Of a stretch of 64,000 nucleotides of DNA, positions 8,643-17,959 are shown in pieces. The notes below the pieces were generated by a model. The model worked only from the letters and a program-made list of their open reading frames with translations, had not been told where the DNA came from and ran no database searches. The number at the start of each line of letters is the position of its first letter. The first letter of the stretch is position 1. The stretch is taken from IMG/VR virus record IMGVR_UViG_3300018059_000012, positions 1 to 64,000 of that record; one strand, written 5' to 3'. The position numbers were made by a program, and so were the translations under genes. The DNA is from a virus.

Positions 8643-9017
8643 ATGGACATGCAGTTCAATAAAGTGCACGTCATCAACGTCGAGCGCGGGAAGCTGTGGC
8701 ACGATGGGGATCTGAAAAACTGGAGTGTCGCGGACTGGTCCAATGCGATGGCCGGTGAAGCTGGGGAGACCTGTAACGCGGTGAAGAAGCTGCGACGCAT
8801 TCAGGACGAGATCAAGAACATCAGCGAGCCTGCCAGGCAGCTCTCGACAGTCGAGCAGGCGAAGGACAAAATCGCTGAAGAAGCCGCTGACACGTTCCTG
8901 TACTTGGACCTTCTACTCGAAGTGATCGATCGGAGCTTCCCGGATGCGATCATCAAGAAGTTCAACAAGACGTCCGAGGAGTACGGCTTCCCGCAGCGGC
9001 TTCCAGCAGGCGGCTGA
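8643..9017 (+). CDS. MazG-like all-alpha NTP pyrophosphohydrolase
   Basis: AMAGEAGETCNAVKK...IAEEAADTFLYL...KKFN. Confidence 0.85.
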   Translation: MDMQFNKVHVINVERGKLWHDGDLKNWSVADWSNAMAGEAGETCNAVKKLRRIQDEIKNISEPARQLSTVEQAKDKIAEEAADTFLYLDLLLEVIDRSFPDAIIKKFNKTSEEYGFPQRLPAGG

Positions 9018-9099
9018 CTGGACACGTTCAGAGCCGTGTATCTCTCAACGGGTGAAGTGGTACTCAGGCGACTGGAAGTTGTAGCCTACATCTAGGAGA

Positions 9100-9609
9100 A
9101 TGGTGAGCATGATACTCAGTGATGGATCGCTATTGGCGTTGCTTCCGACGCTCATTCCGAATGAACATGAGCGTGATGTAACGCTGGTGAATCCGGCGTC
9201 AGTCGATGTTCGTATTGGGCGTAACATGCTTGTGGAGCATGAAGAAGGTGGATTCGAGAAGATTCGACTCAGCAATTTGTCATATCACTGGGTAATGCAG
9301 CCTGGACAGTTCGTACTCGTCGATTTGTTTGAGAGCATCTACGTGCCGAATGGATACGCCGCGGAGTTGAAGCTCAAGAGCAGCCGGGCTCGTGAGGGCT
9401 ACAATCATTCACTGGCATTCTGGGTTGACCCAGGCTGGAATGGATACCTCACGATGGAAATCAAGAACCTCAGGCAGTACAGCACGCTGCCACTCTGGAC
9501 TGGATTCCGGTTCGCGCAGATCATTGTACACCAACTCGATTATCTCGCACTCAAGCCGTATGCCGGGCACTACCAGAATGCAGAGACTGTGGAGCCAAGC
9601 AAGCTGTGA
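9100..9609 (+). CDS. dcd: dCTP deaminase (dUTPase superfamily)
   Basis: NPASVDVRIG, KSSRAREG, VDPGWNGYLTMEI, FAQI, YAGHYQ. Confidence 0.85.
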   Translation: MVSMILSDGSLLALLPTLIPNEHERDVTLVNPASVDVRIGRNMLVEHEEGGFEKIRLSNLSYHWVMQPGQFVLVDLFESIYVPNGYAAELKLKSSRAREGYNHSLAFWVDPGWNGYLTMEIKNLRQYSTLPLWTGFRFAQIIVHQLDYLALKPYAGHYQNAETVEPSKL

Positions 9610-10079
9610 TTCGACGATATAAGATCGATGAGCAGACTGGTGAGCTCGTTGAGGTTCCTCTCAACCCTGAGCAGTATCTGCAACTTGGTGAAGAGCACCT
9701 CCAGCGTGCATCGCAGGCTCTGCGTCAGGTTGGGCAGAGTCTTGAGATGCTGGCGGCAGCATGGCAGTTTGTCGCTAGTGCACGGATCATTCATCCATCG
9801 GAGCATCGATTCATCACGCCGATGGTGAATCCGGAGCGTATCAGACTTGAGAGTGTTATGGCGGCATGGGAGAGTGTGTGGCGTCCTGGTGAAACAGATC
9901 TATATTCACCTGGTGGAGATGGGCAGATGCGAGAGATTCACCAGGTGCTCCTGGATCTCATCAAGTCCGGACGACGCGAGGACTACGAGTACATGGCGCG
10001 CTACGAGGCCCATGTCGATCCAGAGAAAATCGACGAACTGTGGAATCGGACTCGGCGGATGCACAGGCTCGAACCATGA
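9606..10079 (+). CDS. Hypothetical protein
   Basis: ORF with overlapping start/stop in the operon. Confidence 0.55.
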   Translation: MIRRYKIDEQTGELVEVPLNPEQYLQLGEEHLQRASQALRQVGQSLEMLAAAWQFVASARIIHPSEHRFITPMVNPERIRLESVMAAWESVWRPGETDLYSPGGDGQMREIHQVLLDLIKSGRREDYEYMARYEAHVDPEKIDELWNRTRRMHRLEP

Positions 10080-10480
10080 ACACTATTGAAATGATCGTTA
10101 AGCTGATCAGCTTGGTCGTTGCATTTTGGAATTGGGCTGGTACTGATCACGATTATATTTCTTGGTGCGTCTGTGGGCACAAGAAAGACGATCACTACTG
10201 GGGGATGGATATGAAAGGCTGTGATCCAGAACCACGCACTGCCGCACCACATTGCTTCTGCAATGGATTTGTCGATCGCTATGCTGAGGTGCGGGTGCGG
10301 CTTGATGAAGCTGCTGAGCGGGTACGGAACATGCAGGTTGGACCACCGCCTCAGCCTGGTGGTGTATGGATTGACAATACGTTTGTGCTTGAGGTCCCGA
10401 ATGATGGATGGTTGCCAGAGAAGATCATTCATATCTCCAGTGTTGGGCGAGCCGTGAAGCTCCCCAAGAAGGACGAGTGA
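10076..10480 (+). CDS. Hypothetical Cys/His-rich protein
   Basis: CVCGH..DDH...C...C.C..F metal-binding pattern. Confidence 0.55.
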   Translation: MNTIEMIVKLISLVVAFWNWAGTDHDYISWCVCGHKKDDHYWGMDMKGCDPEPRTAAPHCFCNGFVDRYAEVRVRLDEAAERVRNMQVGPPPQPGGVWIDNTFVLEVPNDGWLPEKIIHISSVGRAVKLPKKDE

Positions 10481-10980
10481 TGCCACTGATCTTCGTTGAC
10501 TGTGAGGCTGTTGGACCGTGTCCATCGATGGGTGAGCTCACCGAGTTCGGAGCGGTGAATTACGACTGCTACAAAGAGTTCAAGAATTACGAGACGTTCC
10601 ATGGGATTCTCGCGCAGTGCGTTCCGGATCAGACCAACCCAGCTAAGTCATTCATCGTCGGGGCACGGTACGATCCTAAGACGGTGTTCATTCAATTCGC
10701 ACAGTGGTTGAGTAGATTCAACGGACGTGCGATCTTCGTGAGTGACAACCCGGCATACGATTTTCAATGGATCAACGATGGGTTCTGGCGTCACACCGGG
10801 AGCAACCCGTTTGGACATTCAGGGCGTCGGATCTCCGACTACTATGCCGGACTTGTTGGGAACTTCGCGAAGAGTCAGGAGTGGAAACGGCTCCGTGTCA
10901 CATCGCACGATCACAACCCCGTGCACGATGCGATGGGGAACGTCGAAGCCTTCTATCGCATGCAACATGGCGAACGGTGA
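10480..10980 (+). CDS. DEDD-family 3'-5' exonuclease
   Basis: IFVDCEA, SDNPAYDFQWI, HNPVHDA. Confidence 0.85.
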   Translation: MPLIFVDCEAVGPCPSMGELTEFGAVNYDCYKEFKNYETFHGILAQCVPDQTNPAKSFIVGARYDPKTVFIQFAQWLSRFNGRAIFVSDNPAYDFQWINDGFWRHTGSNPFGHSGRRISDYYAGLVGNFAKSQEWKRLRVTSHDHNPVHDAMGNVEAFYRMQHGER

Positions 10981-10992
10981 TAGACTCCAGTC

Positions 10993-11676
10993 ATGCTAAC
11001 ACGTAAGCAACGGGAACGGCGAAAGAAAGAGACCGTGGCAGCTGGGCGTCGTTCGACGCCAAAGAACATGGAGATCATGCTAGAGAAGATGAAGCAGGCC
11101 GAAGAACTTGCCAAGACACGTGTGCCTCGGCCGACGATTCAGTTCGAAGTACCTCCGTATATCACCTTCCCAGCATTGGGTAAGAAACAGGTGCACACCG
11201 ATTTCAGCGATGAAATCGCAAACAAGGTTCTGGCCGGTGTCCGGATGGGGGCGAGCGATGGGATGGCGGCAGCGATGGCTGGGATCGCACCTGAAGTCCT
11301 GGTGGACTGGAAGAAAAAGGATGGAGAGCCATGGCGGACGTTCAAGCGGGAGTTTGACAAGGCCAAAGTCTACCCGAAGTTTTTCTTCCTTGATGCTACT
11401 GTTGTTCATGCCTATCATGACGGTGAGCTGGCTCTCAAGATGCTCAAGCGGCTCGAGCCCGAGACATACGCGGATGTCGTGCTCGTTAAGCAAGAACACT
11501 CTGGCTTGGTAACACACAATCACAATGTTGGCAGCATCATGGAACGGGTGGTGCAGAAAGTCCAGGCGCTTCGTGTTGGTGCGGCCAAGCAAATCGGAGC
11601 ATCATCAACATTAGCCTTGCCAACAGTCAAGAAGAATGGCAAGCCGCACGACCCACGTCCGCCTCGAGGAGGCTAA
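10993..11676 (+). CDS. Putative terminase small subunit (HTH type)
   Basis: FSDEIANKVL..VRMG....AAAMAGI....L.DW HTH, then F...F.KAK, ALKMLKRLEPETY and KQEHSG, a layout typical of TerS. Confidence 0.6.
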   Translation: MLTRKQRERRKKETVAAGRRSTPKNMEIMLEKMKQAEELAKTRVPRPTIQFEVPPYITFPALGKKQVHTDFSDEIANKVLAGVRMGASDGMAAAMAGIAPEVLVDWKKKDGEPWRTFKREFDKAKVYPKFFFLDATVVHAYHDGELALKMLKRLEPETYADVVLVKQEHSGLVTHNHNVGSIMERVVQKVQALRVGAAKQIGASSTLALPTVKKNGKPHDPRPPRGG

Positions 11677-11858
11677 CACATGCCAGTCAATCCGCAATCT
11701 CCGCAGTGCTCGTCGATTCATCTGTTCGTCTGGGGCAATGACAACAACGGACGAGCGCCTAGCGATGGTCCACAGCCGAACGAGCCACCACCCGGTACGC
11801 TGTGCGTCTGTAAGGCGACGAGCTGGATCGCTGAGAAGCAAAAGGCTGGCCTCGCGTA

Positions 11859-12107
11859 GTGGATCCATCGCGTATTGCGATCTTGACCCATGAACGACTC
11901 CACTGGCAGGAGGAAGCGGAGCGATTCAACAAGATCGTGCATGCGCAGCGCGAGCGCATAAGAAAGTTGGAGGGGAGTCCGAACACGCTGGTACTCCGGC
12001 GGGTGGTCACGTTTCTCCAAGTGATCGAGCCGGTGCTGTTGCGAGCTGATCATCGAGAGGATCGAATGGATCTCGAGAAAAAGGTGAGGGGGATGTTGGA
12101 TGTCTAA
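11859..12107 (+). CDS. Hypothetical protein
   Basis: Coupled ORF. Confidence 0.5.
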   Translation: MDPSRIAILTHERLHWQEEAERFNKIVHAQRERIRKLEGSPNTLVLRRVVTFLQVIEPVLLRADHREDRMDLEKKVRGMLDV

Positions 12108-12531
12108 GTTTCCACATGTCGCACAACTTGGGGCTGAAGGCCCACCCTGTACATGCCCAGCGATCGATCCGATTTTGTTTGAGGATCCATCAGCGCATCA
12201 GGCTGCTTGTCCACATGGGGAGTGGCTGCTTCAGCGTCGTGAGATCGAACAATCAGGTGACTTGGATCGGACGACATCGTTCGATCCACCTGAGCAGGAT
12301 GGGCCGATACATGTTCGTCTGCCACAGCCGGGCGGGCGGTTCATATCTGTGACTGTATGTCCATGCCAGGCGATTCTTGCTGATGAAGCCAAGAGCTTCG
12401 AAGAGGAGGCGCAAGGCTATCCGGCTGGGAGTCCTGAGAACACCGCCCTGTTGATGCACGGTGAATTCCTCAAGCAGCTCGCGTCACGCATCATGGTCAG
12501 GAAAAAGTTCACGGCGATGGTGCAGTCATGA
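12100..12531 (+). CDS. Hypothetical protein (Cys motifs)
   Basis: Coupled ORF; CTC, CPH, CPC. Confidence 0.55.
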   Translation: MSKFPHVAQLGAEGPPCTCPAIDPILFEDPSAHQAACPHGEWLLQRREIEQSGDLDRTTSFDPPEQDGPIHVRLPQPGGRFISVTVCPCQAILADEAKSFEEEAQGYPAGSPENTALLMHGEFLKQLASRIMVRKKFTAMVQS

Positions 12532-12878
12532 TGGAACACTACATGTGCCCACGCTGCAGGCGGTCGATGACAACCAGTGAACCACTACCTCCTCCCGTAC
12601 CACCTGGATGTATCTGGTGCGTAATGCTGGATCACCAAGGTGTCCCGCTGACGCATCTTGGTGTCTCGATCGAACCCACTGAAATGGCCAAGCAGTTCCC
12701 ACCTGGAACAAAGGTCAAGCACATTCTCACGGAGCAGGATATGGTAGTGCTTGAACTTGAAGGTGATGGCTCGACAGGGTGGTTCACAGCGCGTGACAAG
12801 AGTATGGGAACGCACAGGGTCCGCTACGTTGAAGTGACACTCCCGACACCGATGCGTGAGCATGGGCAGTATCTCTAG
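12528..12878 (+). CDS. Hypothetical protein, zinc finger plus small beta domain
   Basis: CPRC...CIWC; FPPGTKVKHILT. Confidence 0.55.
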   Translation: MMEHYMCPRCRRSMTTSEPLPPPVPPGCIWCVMLDHQGVPLTHLGVSIEPTEMAKQFPPGTKVKHILTEQDMVVLELEGDGSTGWFTARDKSMGTHRVRYVEVTLPTPMREHGQYL

Positions 12879-14621
12879 ATGAACAGAAAAGTCTTGGTGC
12901 TCGGGGCGAGTGGAATCATCGGGCAGCATCTTCGTCGATGGCAGCCCGAGAATTTACAAGTGACGTATGCGAGTCGCCAGGAGTTGCCATGGCAGACCAG
13001 TGTGCAGGTGGATTTCAAGACTGACGCTGATGTCGAGCGATTCTGTGATCTCTGGGACGCCGATGTCGTAATCAACCTGATTGGGGAGAACAGCCCTGAT
13101 CGAGTAGAGCAGAATCCTGAGGAGTACTGGTTCCAGAACGGTGAGATTCCACTCGCGCTTAAGCGCTGGTCGGAGCGACGCAAACGCTGGTTGATCCACG
13201 TCAGCACGCAGGCGGTGTTCGGGGGACGAATCCCACCGTATCGGGCAGTGTTGCCCCCGGCTGACGTTGATCGTCCTGTGAATGAATACGGGAAACAGAA
13301 GCTCAAGGCCGAACAGCTCATGATGATGCGGCATCAGGAGACACTGGTGTATCTGGTCAGGCTGACATTCGTCCTTGGCATTAGACCATTTCCAGGTGTC
13401 GGGCGGGCGAATCCACTTGAACAGATGTATCAGTACACGATGCTGGCAATGACTGACAGGGTACATCGGCAGCGTCAGGTCGCCGATCGCTGGTTCTCAC
13501 CCTGTTTCGCGAACGATGCGGCGGCGTTTCTCTGGCAGCTGGTTAACACATTCACTCCGATGGATCCACTCCTGGAGCGATTTATGCTTAGGCGTCGGAT
13601 CTTTAACGTTGGACTTCCGATGAAAGTGAGTCGGGCTGACATCAACTACATAGCCGCGGCGAACCTGCTTTATCAACAGGGACGACTCCCAGAAAATTTG
13701 CACCGCAACGATGTTATGCTGGAGGTAGGACACGACAGAGCATTTCCAGGACTCGCGCAGCGCCCGATCGATACGACGTTTGCCAGTGATGCCGTGCACG
13801 ATGAAACATGGGATGAGGCCATCAACGTCTGTACAGCGGAGTGGAGGATACGGATGGATCGACAGAGTGAACACGACAGAGCATTGGAGATTTCCCTGTT
13901 CCTGGGCGTGCGCGAGGGTGAGGCGCGAGTCCAGCTGATGCGCGGATTCGGAGCGTTGCACGGTGAGGTCGCCAACGATTTCAGGGCGGCGCGGGTGCGG
14001 AAGCAGAAGTGGACGGACTTCGATCTGCTGATGTGGTACAAGCAGACCAACGCCTACATCTGGGAGCTGAGTGCCTACCACCTCAACGAAGGATTCAACT
14101 ACAGCGGGATGTGCTCAGGGATCTCCCAGCACCTGCTGAAGGAGTACGGGAACGCTGCTACAGTGGTGGCGCTCGGCGATGGCATCGGTGATCTCACGAT
14201 CAGCATGGAAGAGCACGGGCTCAATGCGGTGTATCACGACCTGCTTGGCAGTCAGACTGCCCGCTTCGCCTCGTTCCGGTTTCAGCGGCGTGGATACACG
14301 CCACTGCTGATGCTCACCGATGACTGGGCACCACCGAAGCTGCTCGATCCTACGGTTGGCGGACCAATCATGGCAGTTGTCGCGCTCGATTTCTTCGAGC
14401 ACCTAATCAACGTCGAGGACTGGGCAGAGAGCGTGTTCGAGATGCTGGCCCATGGTGGGCAGTTTCTCGCGCAGAATGCGTTCGGCATCGGTGATGAGGA
14501 ACACGAAGGCAGCATCCCGATGCATCTCACGCGCAACAACAAGTACGTTACCGAGTGGGAGCCACTTCTCAGCAAGATCGGATTTCAGAAGTTGCCGAGT
14601 GGCTGGTGGGTCAAGCCATGA
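12879..14621 (+). CDS. Fusion of RfbD-like NAD(P)-dependent sugar-nucleotide reductase/epimerase and class I SAM methyltransferase
   Basis: VLVLGASGIIG, IHVST..VF.G, PVNEYGKQK (YxxxK); C-terminal VVALGDGIGD and VALDFFEHL. Confidence 0.8.
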   Translation: MNRKVLVLGASGIIGQHLRRWQPENLQVTYASRQELPWQTSVQVDFKTDADVERFCDLWDADVVINLIGENSPDRVEQNPEEYWFQNGEIPLALKRWSERRKRWLIHVSTQAVFGGRIPPYRAVLPPADVDRPVNEYGKQKLKAEQLMMMRHQETLVYLVRLTFVLGIRPFPGVGRANPLEQMYQYTMLAMTDRVHRQRQVADRWFSPCFANDAAAFLWQLVNTFTPMDPLLERFMLRRRIFNVGLPMKVSRADINYIAAANLLYQQGRLPENLHRNDVMLEVGHDRAFPGLAQRPIDTTFASDAVHDETWDEAINVCTAEWRIRMDRQSEHDRALEISLFLGVREGEARVQLMRGFGALHGEVANDFRAARVRKQKWTDFDLLMWYKQTNAYIWELSAYHLNEGFNYSGMCSGISQHLLKEYGNAATVVALGDGIGDLTISMEEHGLNAVYHDLLGSQTARFASFRFQRRGYTPLLMLTDDWAPPKLLDPTVGGPIMAVVALDFFEHLINVEDWAESVFEMLAHGGQFLAQNAFGIGDEEHEGSIPMHLTRNNKYVTEWEPLLSKIGFQKLPSGWWVKP

Positions 14622-14992
14622 TCCTGAGCAGGGACGAAGCCAGAGACGTGATCAAGGAATTTCTCGAGGAAATCGCGACAGCGCCGAGCGAAGATGAGGC
14701 ACATTACGATGTCGAGACTCTCCTTGATAAGCTGTATCTGATGCCAGATCTTGATGTCGTGGTACTCCCGCTGAAAAAGGTGGAGCAGATCGCGGGATTA
14801 CTCCATCAAGGGACGATGAAGCTGCTGATGCACACGGATCTCGCCACAGTAGAGCAGGTCCACAACGAGCGGGATCGGCAGCTGAGTCCGTATCTGGGTG
14901 CGCGCGAGCTATACTTTCTCAAGAGCGCGTTAGTTCACAACGCTTGGACAGCTCGCTGGCTCGTGATGAACGCGAAGGAGAATCCGACATGA
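14618..14992 (+). CDS. Hypothetical protein
   Basis: Coupled ORF. Confidence 0.55.
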   Translation: MILSRDEARDVIKEFLEEIATAPSEDEAHYDVETLLDKLYLMPDLDVVVLPLKKVEQIAGLLHQGTMKLLMHTDLATVEQVHNERDRQLSPYLGARELYFLKSALVHNAWTARWLVMNAKENPT

Positions 14993-15882
14993 GCAGGCGT
15001 CTCGATATCGGCATCGCAAGCTACGGTAATCCAGCAGGGTTGCAGCGCCTGCTCGAGTCGTTGATGAAGACCTGTACAACGGATTGGCGGGCAGTCATCG
15101 TAGTGAATTCACATCCTGATCAGGAGCAAAATGACGCTGTGAACCGGATCCTCAAGGGCTGGGAAGATATCGACAGCAACGAGGATGGCGAGCGTCAACG
15201 GATCAAGCTGATTCGTCCGAAGGGAAACATCGGTTACGTCGGCGCGGTGAATCGGATCATGCAGGAGTGCGAGAGTGAGTACATCGCCTATTGCGATCAC
15301 GACGTCGTGCATCACAGCAATGGGTGGGATGAACTGATGGCACTGACACTGGATCGCTATCATGAGTTGGGGATTGTGTTTCCCAACGGTGGACCATATC
15401 CGATTCCTCGGGCGATGTACGTCGAGATCCTCTGGGGTGTCGGGTGTAACTGGATGATGTCCAGGCGTGTCGCGGCCGAAGTTGGCGGATTCGATCCTGA
15501 GATCGGGCATCATGAAGAGGTTGACTACCAGATCAGACTCCGCCTGGCTGGCTATAAGATCGCCGCGCTGCCGCAGATTCAGGTACAGCACATGGCGGTG
15601 GCATCCAGTGATCCAGCTTCGCAGGATCGGATCAGCAAGGGTGTAATCAACTGGGTCAACAAGTGGGTGCGCTACTTCGGTGGGCAGAATATGTCCTACT
15701 TCGCGAGCAATGTCTTGCGCCACGAAGACTGGCCGACTAGTGCGCTCTACCTCGAGGAATACTTCAAGCAGGCACTCCCGAATCTGAATCTCAATCCGGA
15801 AGTGGTAGTGGTCAACGGACAGGAGTTCGATCTCATCAAGGTGCCCAGGCTCAAGGGCTTCTACCGGTCACGCATCATCTAG
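14989..15882 (+). CDS. Glycosyltransferase, GT2/GT-A fold
   Basis: DIGIASY, NIGYVGAVN, YCDHD (DxD), VGGFDPE, EEVDYQIRLRLAGY. Confidence 0.88.
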   Translation: MSRRLDIGIASYGNPAGLQRLLESLMKTCTTDWRAVIVVNSHPDQEQNDAVNRILKGWEDIDSNEDGERQRIKLIRPKGNIGYVGAVNRIMQECESEYIAYCDHDVVHHSNGWDELMALTLDRYHELGIVFPNGGPYPIPRAMYVEILWGVGCNWMMSRRVAAEVGGFDPEIGHHEEVDYQIRLRLAGYKIAALPQIQVQHMAVASSDPASQDRISKGVINWVNKWVRYFGGQNMSYFASNVLRHEDWPTSALYLEEYFKQALPNLNLNPEVVVVNGQEFDLIKVPRLKGFYRSRII

Positions 15883-15899
15883 ACAGGGAGAGTTAAGAT

Positions 15900-16760
15900 A
15901 TGACCTACAAGCGCGAGGATGTAGCGTGCATGATGCGGATCAGGAACGAAGCCCGCTGGATTCGTGAGGTAATCAGCAAAGCGTTTCAGGTTGTTGGAAC
16001 TGTGGTGGTACTCGACGATGGGAGTGATGATCAGACTGTTGCAGAGTGTGTCGCAGCCTGGTCAGGGCATGTTGATGTAGTTCCGAATCATGATACATTT
16101 GTCCTGAGATCTGATGAAGCTACGTTGCACGTTATTCGTTCGCCATTCAGGCCGGCAACGCGTACCTCACAAGCAGTGAGTGAAATCCGGGACAAGAATT
16201 TTCTCTGGGAATACTGCAAGAGCAAGGTATTGTTCAGGCACATGCTCTGTCTCGATGGTGATGAGGTCCCGAGTCAGGTATTCATCAGGGATTTTCATCA
16301 GATCATCATCTGGCTCGAGAAGCAAGTAGATGTCGTGAACATCCCATTCATCTACCTCTGGGATGGGAACAATCAGCGGCGCGTGGATGGGATCTATGGG
16401 AACCTGCCTGATGGGCAACCGCGTCTTCGGTTTCCACGCCTATTCACCATCGATCGGATTACGCCTGATCAGCTCCACATCATGCGATTCGCCTGGGAGG
16501 GGAGCAAGGGTGGCTTTCACTGTGGCTCTATCCCGCAGGAGAACTTTAGACCGAATGGTGGGGAGAAAGTGATAGCGACATTTGGGCGAGCACTGATTCA
16601 CTACGGCTATCGTGATGATGCGGATCGGCGTCGGAAGTACGTCTTCTACAACCAGATCGATCCGGGTAACAAGTTCGAAGGGGAGTACAAGCACATCATT
16701 GGAGAGCCGAACGTGCATGCTCCAGGTGCTGTTGAGTTGATTTCATGGGACGATAAATGA
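15900..16760 (+). CDS. Glycosyltransferase, GT2/GT-A fold
   Basis: IRNEARWI, VVVLDDGSDDQT, LCLDGDE, FHCGSIP, LIHYGY. Confidence 0.85.
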   Translation: MTYKREDVACMMRIRNEARWIREVISKAFQVVGTVVVLDDGSDDQTVAECVAAWSGHVDVVPNHDTFVLRSDEATLHVIRSPFRPATRTSQAVSEIRDKNFLWEYCKSKVLFRHMLCLDGDEVPSQVFIRDFHQIIIWLEKQVDVVNIPFIYLWDGNNQRRVDGIYGNLPDGQPRLRFPRLFTIDRITPDQLHIMRFAWEGSKGGFHCGSIPQENFRPNGGEKVIATFGRALIHYGYRDDADRRRKYVFYNQIDPGNKFEGEYKHIIGEPNVHAPGAVELISWDDK

Positions 16761-17579
16761 TCTGGATCAGGCTCGCGATCACAGCGTTTCTGGTGTTCAT
16801 GATCTACCGAGAGACCGGGATCTGGACCGCGACCGCCTTCGCATTGTTGACGCTGACCATCGAGTTGATTGTGAAGGTGCTCAAAGAGATCGAACGCTCA
16901 CTCGATTTGCTCATGCGGCGTGCGATCAAGGGAGATGTCTGATGCCAGGCAGTGTGCATTCGTGCTCAGCGCGTCCTCGTGGTGAGCCATCAGCAGTCTT
17001 TGCAGATGGGCACTGGATTCTCGGTGATGATATGAGTGGTGAAGTTTTTGTGCGTCATCTCCGCTACTGCCCGTGGTGCGGAGTGGTACTTGCATTACCA
17101 GAGACGACACGTCCATACGCGGGGCCTGTTGAATTCTGCCAGGTCTGCCGTGGTCCGTGTCAAGGTCACTAAGCGATGAGGTGCTGGTTCAGGCGTCAGC
17201 GCTCGCGGCTCGAGTTGAAATACTGTACGTATGCGGAGGCTGATCAGCTCATCAGGAGTACACAGGGGGCGTGGACGATCGCGCCAGAGGAAGATCAGAA
17301 TCACGTGTTCGGCATGGTCTATCTTGAACGGTTGGAGGCACGATGATGAGAGTGATGATGCTGGTGTTCAGTCTGCTATGTCTTGGTGGATGCGCGGATC
17401 TCCTGATCCTCACCGCGATCACGATCAAGTGCGGACCAATGCCGATGTCTGCGAGCGATTGTGAAGGCGGACGAGGCTGGGGATTCACGCCATCACTGCC
17501 GCCACCCAAGCCTATGGAGATTTGTGAAGCCTGGGTCGATTCCCTCATCGCTGATGCGCTCGGGTGTGTGATGCCATGA
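16757..17579 (+). other. Run of four small coupled ORFs (16757-16942 membrane; 16942-17172 Zn finger; 17176-17346; 17343-17579 possible lipoprotein LGG-C)
   Basis: Abutting or overlapping start/stop codons; YCPWCG; lipobox-like LGGC. Confidence 0.5.
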
Positions 17580-17959
17580 CCCTACGCGCGGACCTGGAGG
17601 CCATCGAGGCCAGAGTGGCGGCGGCGACGAAGGGGGAGTGGCTACCCGGCGATGCGCACAAGCAGTACAAGCTCCCCTTGGAAGGTCACGTTTTTTGCGA
17701 TGGACGCCTCGTGGCAAACTGTCATGGTCACCAAGACGGCCACGAGCAGACGCGCCAAGAGAATAACGACAACGCACGATTCATCGCCCACGCCCACCAG
17801 GACCTCCCACGCCTAGTGCAGGGGCTGCGGCTGGCCATCACGGCGCTAGATCAGACGGCCAAGATCGTAGACCGCCGTTATCGCCACGCCGCCACGATTG
17901 CTGAGCAGGCCCTGGCCGCTATCGACGCCATCAGTGAGGACAAGGGAGGTGAGAAGTGA
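17576..17959 (+). CDS. Conserved phage protein (Ead/Ea22-like)
   Basis: LEAIEARVAAAT.GEW...NARFIAHAHQDLPRL. Confidence 0.65.
   Translation: MTLRADLEAIEARVAAATKGEWLPGDAHKQYKLPLEGHVFCDGRLVANCHGHQDGHEQTRQENNDNARFIAHAHQDLPRLVQGLRLAITALDQTAKIVDRRYRHAATIAEQALAAIDAISEDKGGEK

Noticed and set aside
9019-9046. TGGACA resembling the -35 at 20544
   Set aside because: No plausible -10 at 16-18 nt spacing
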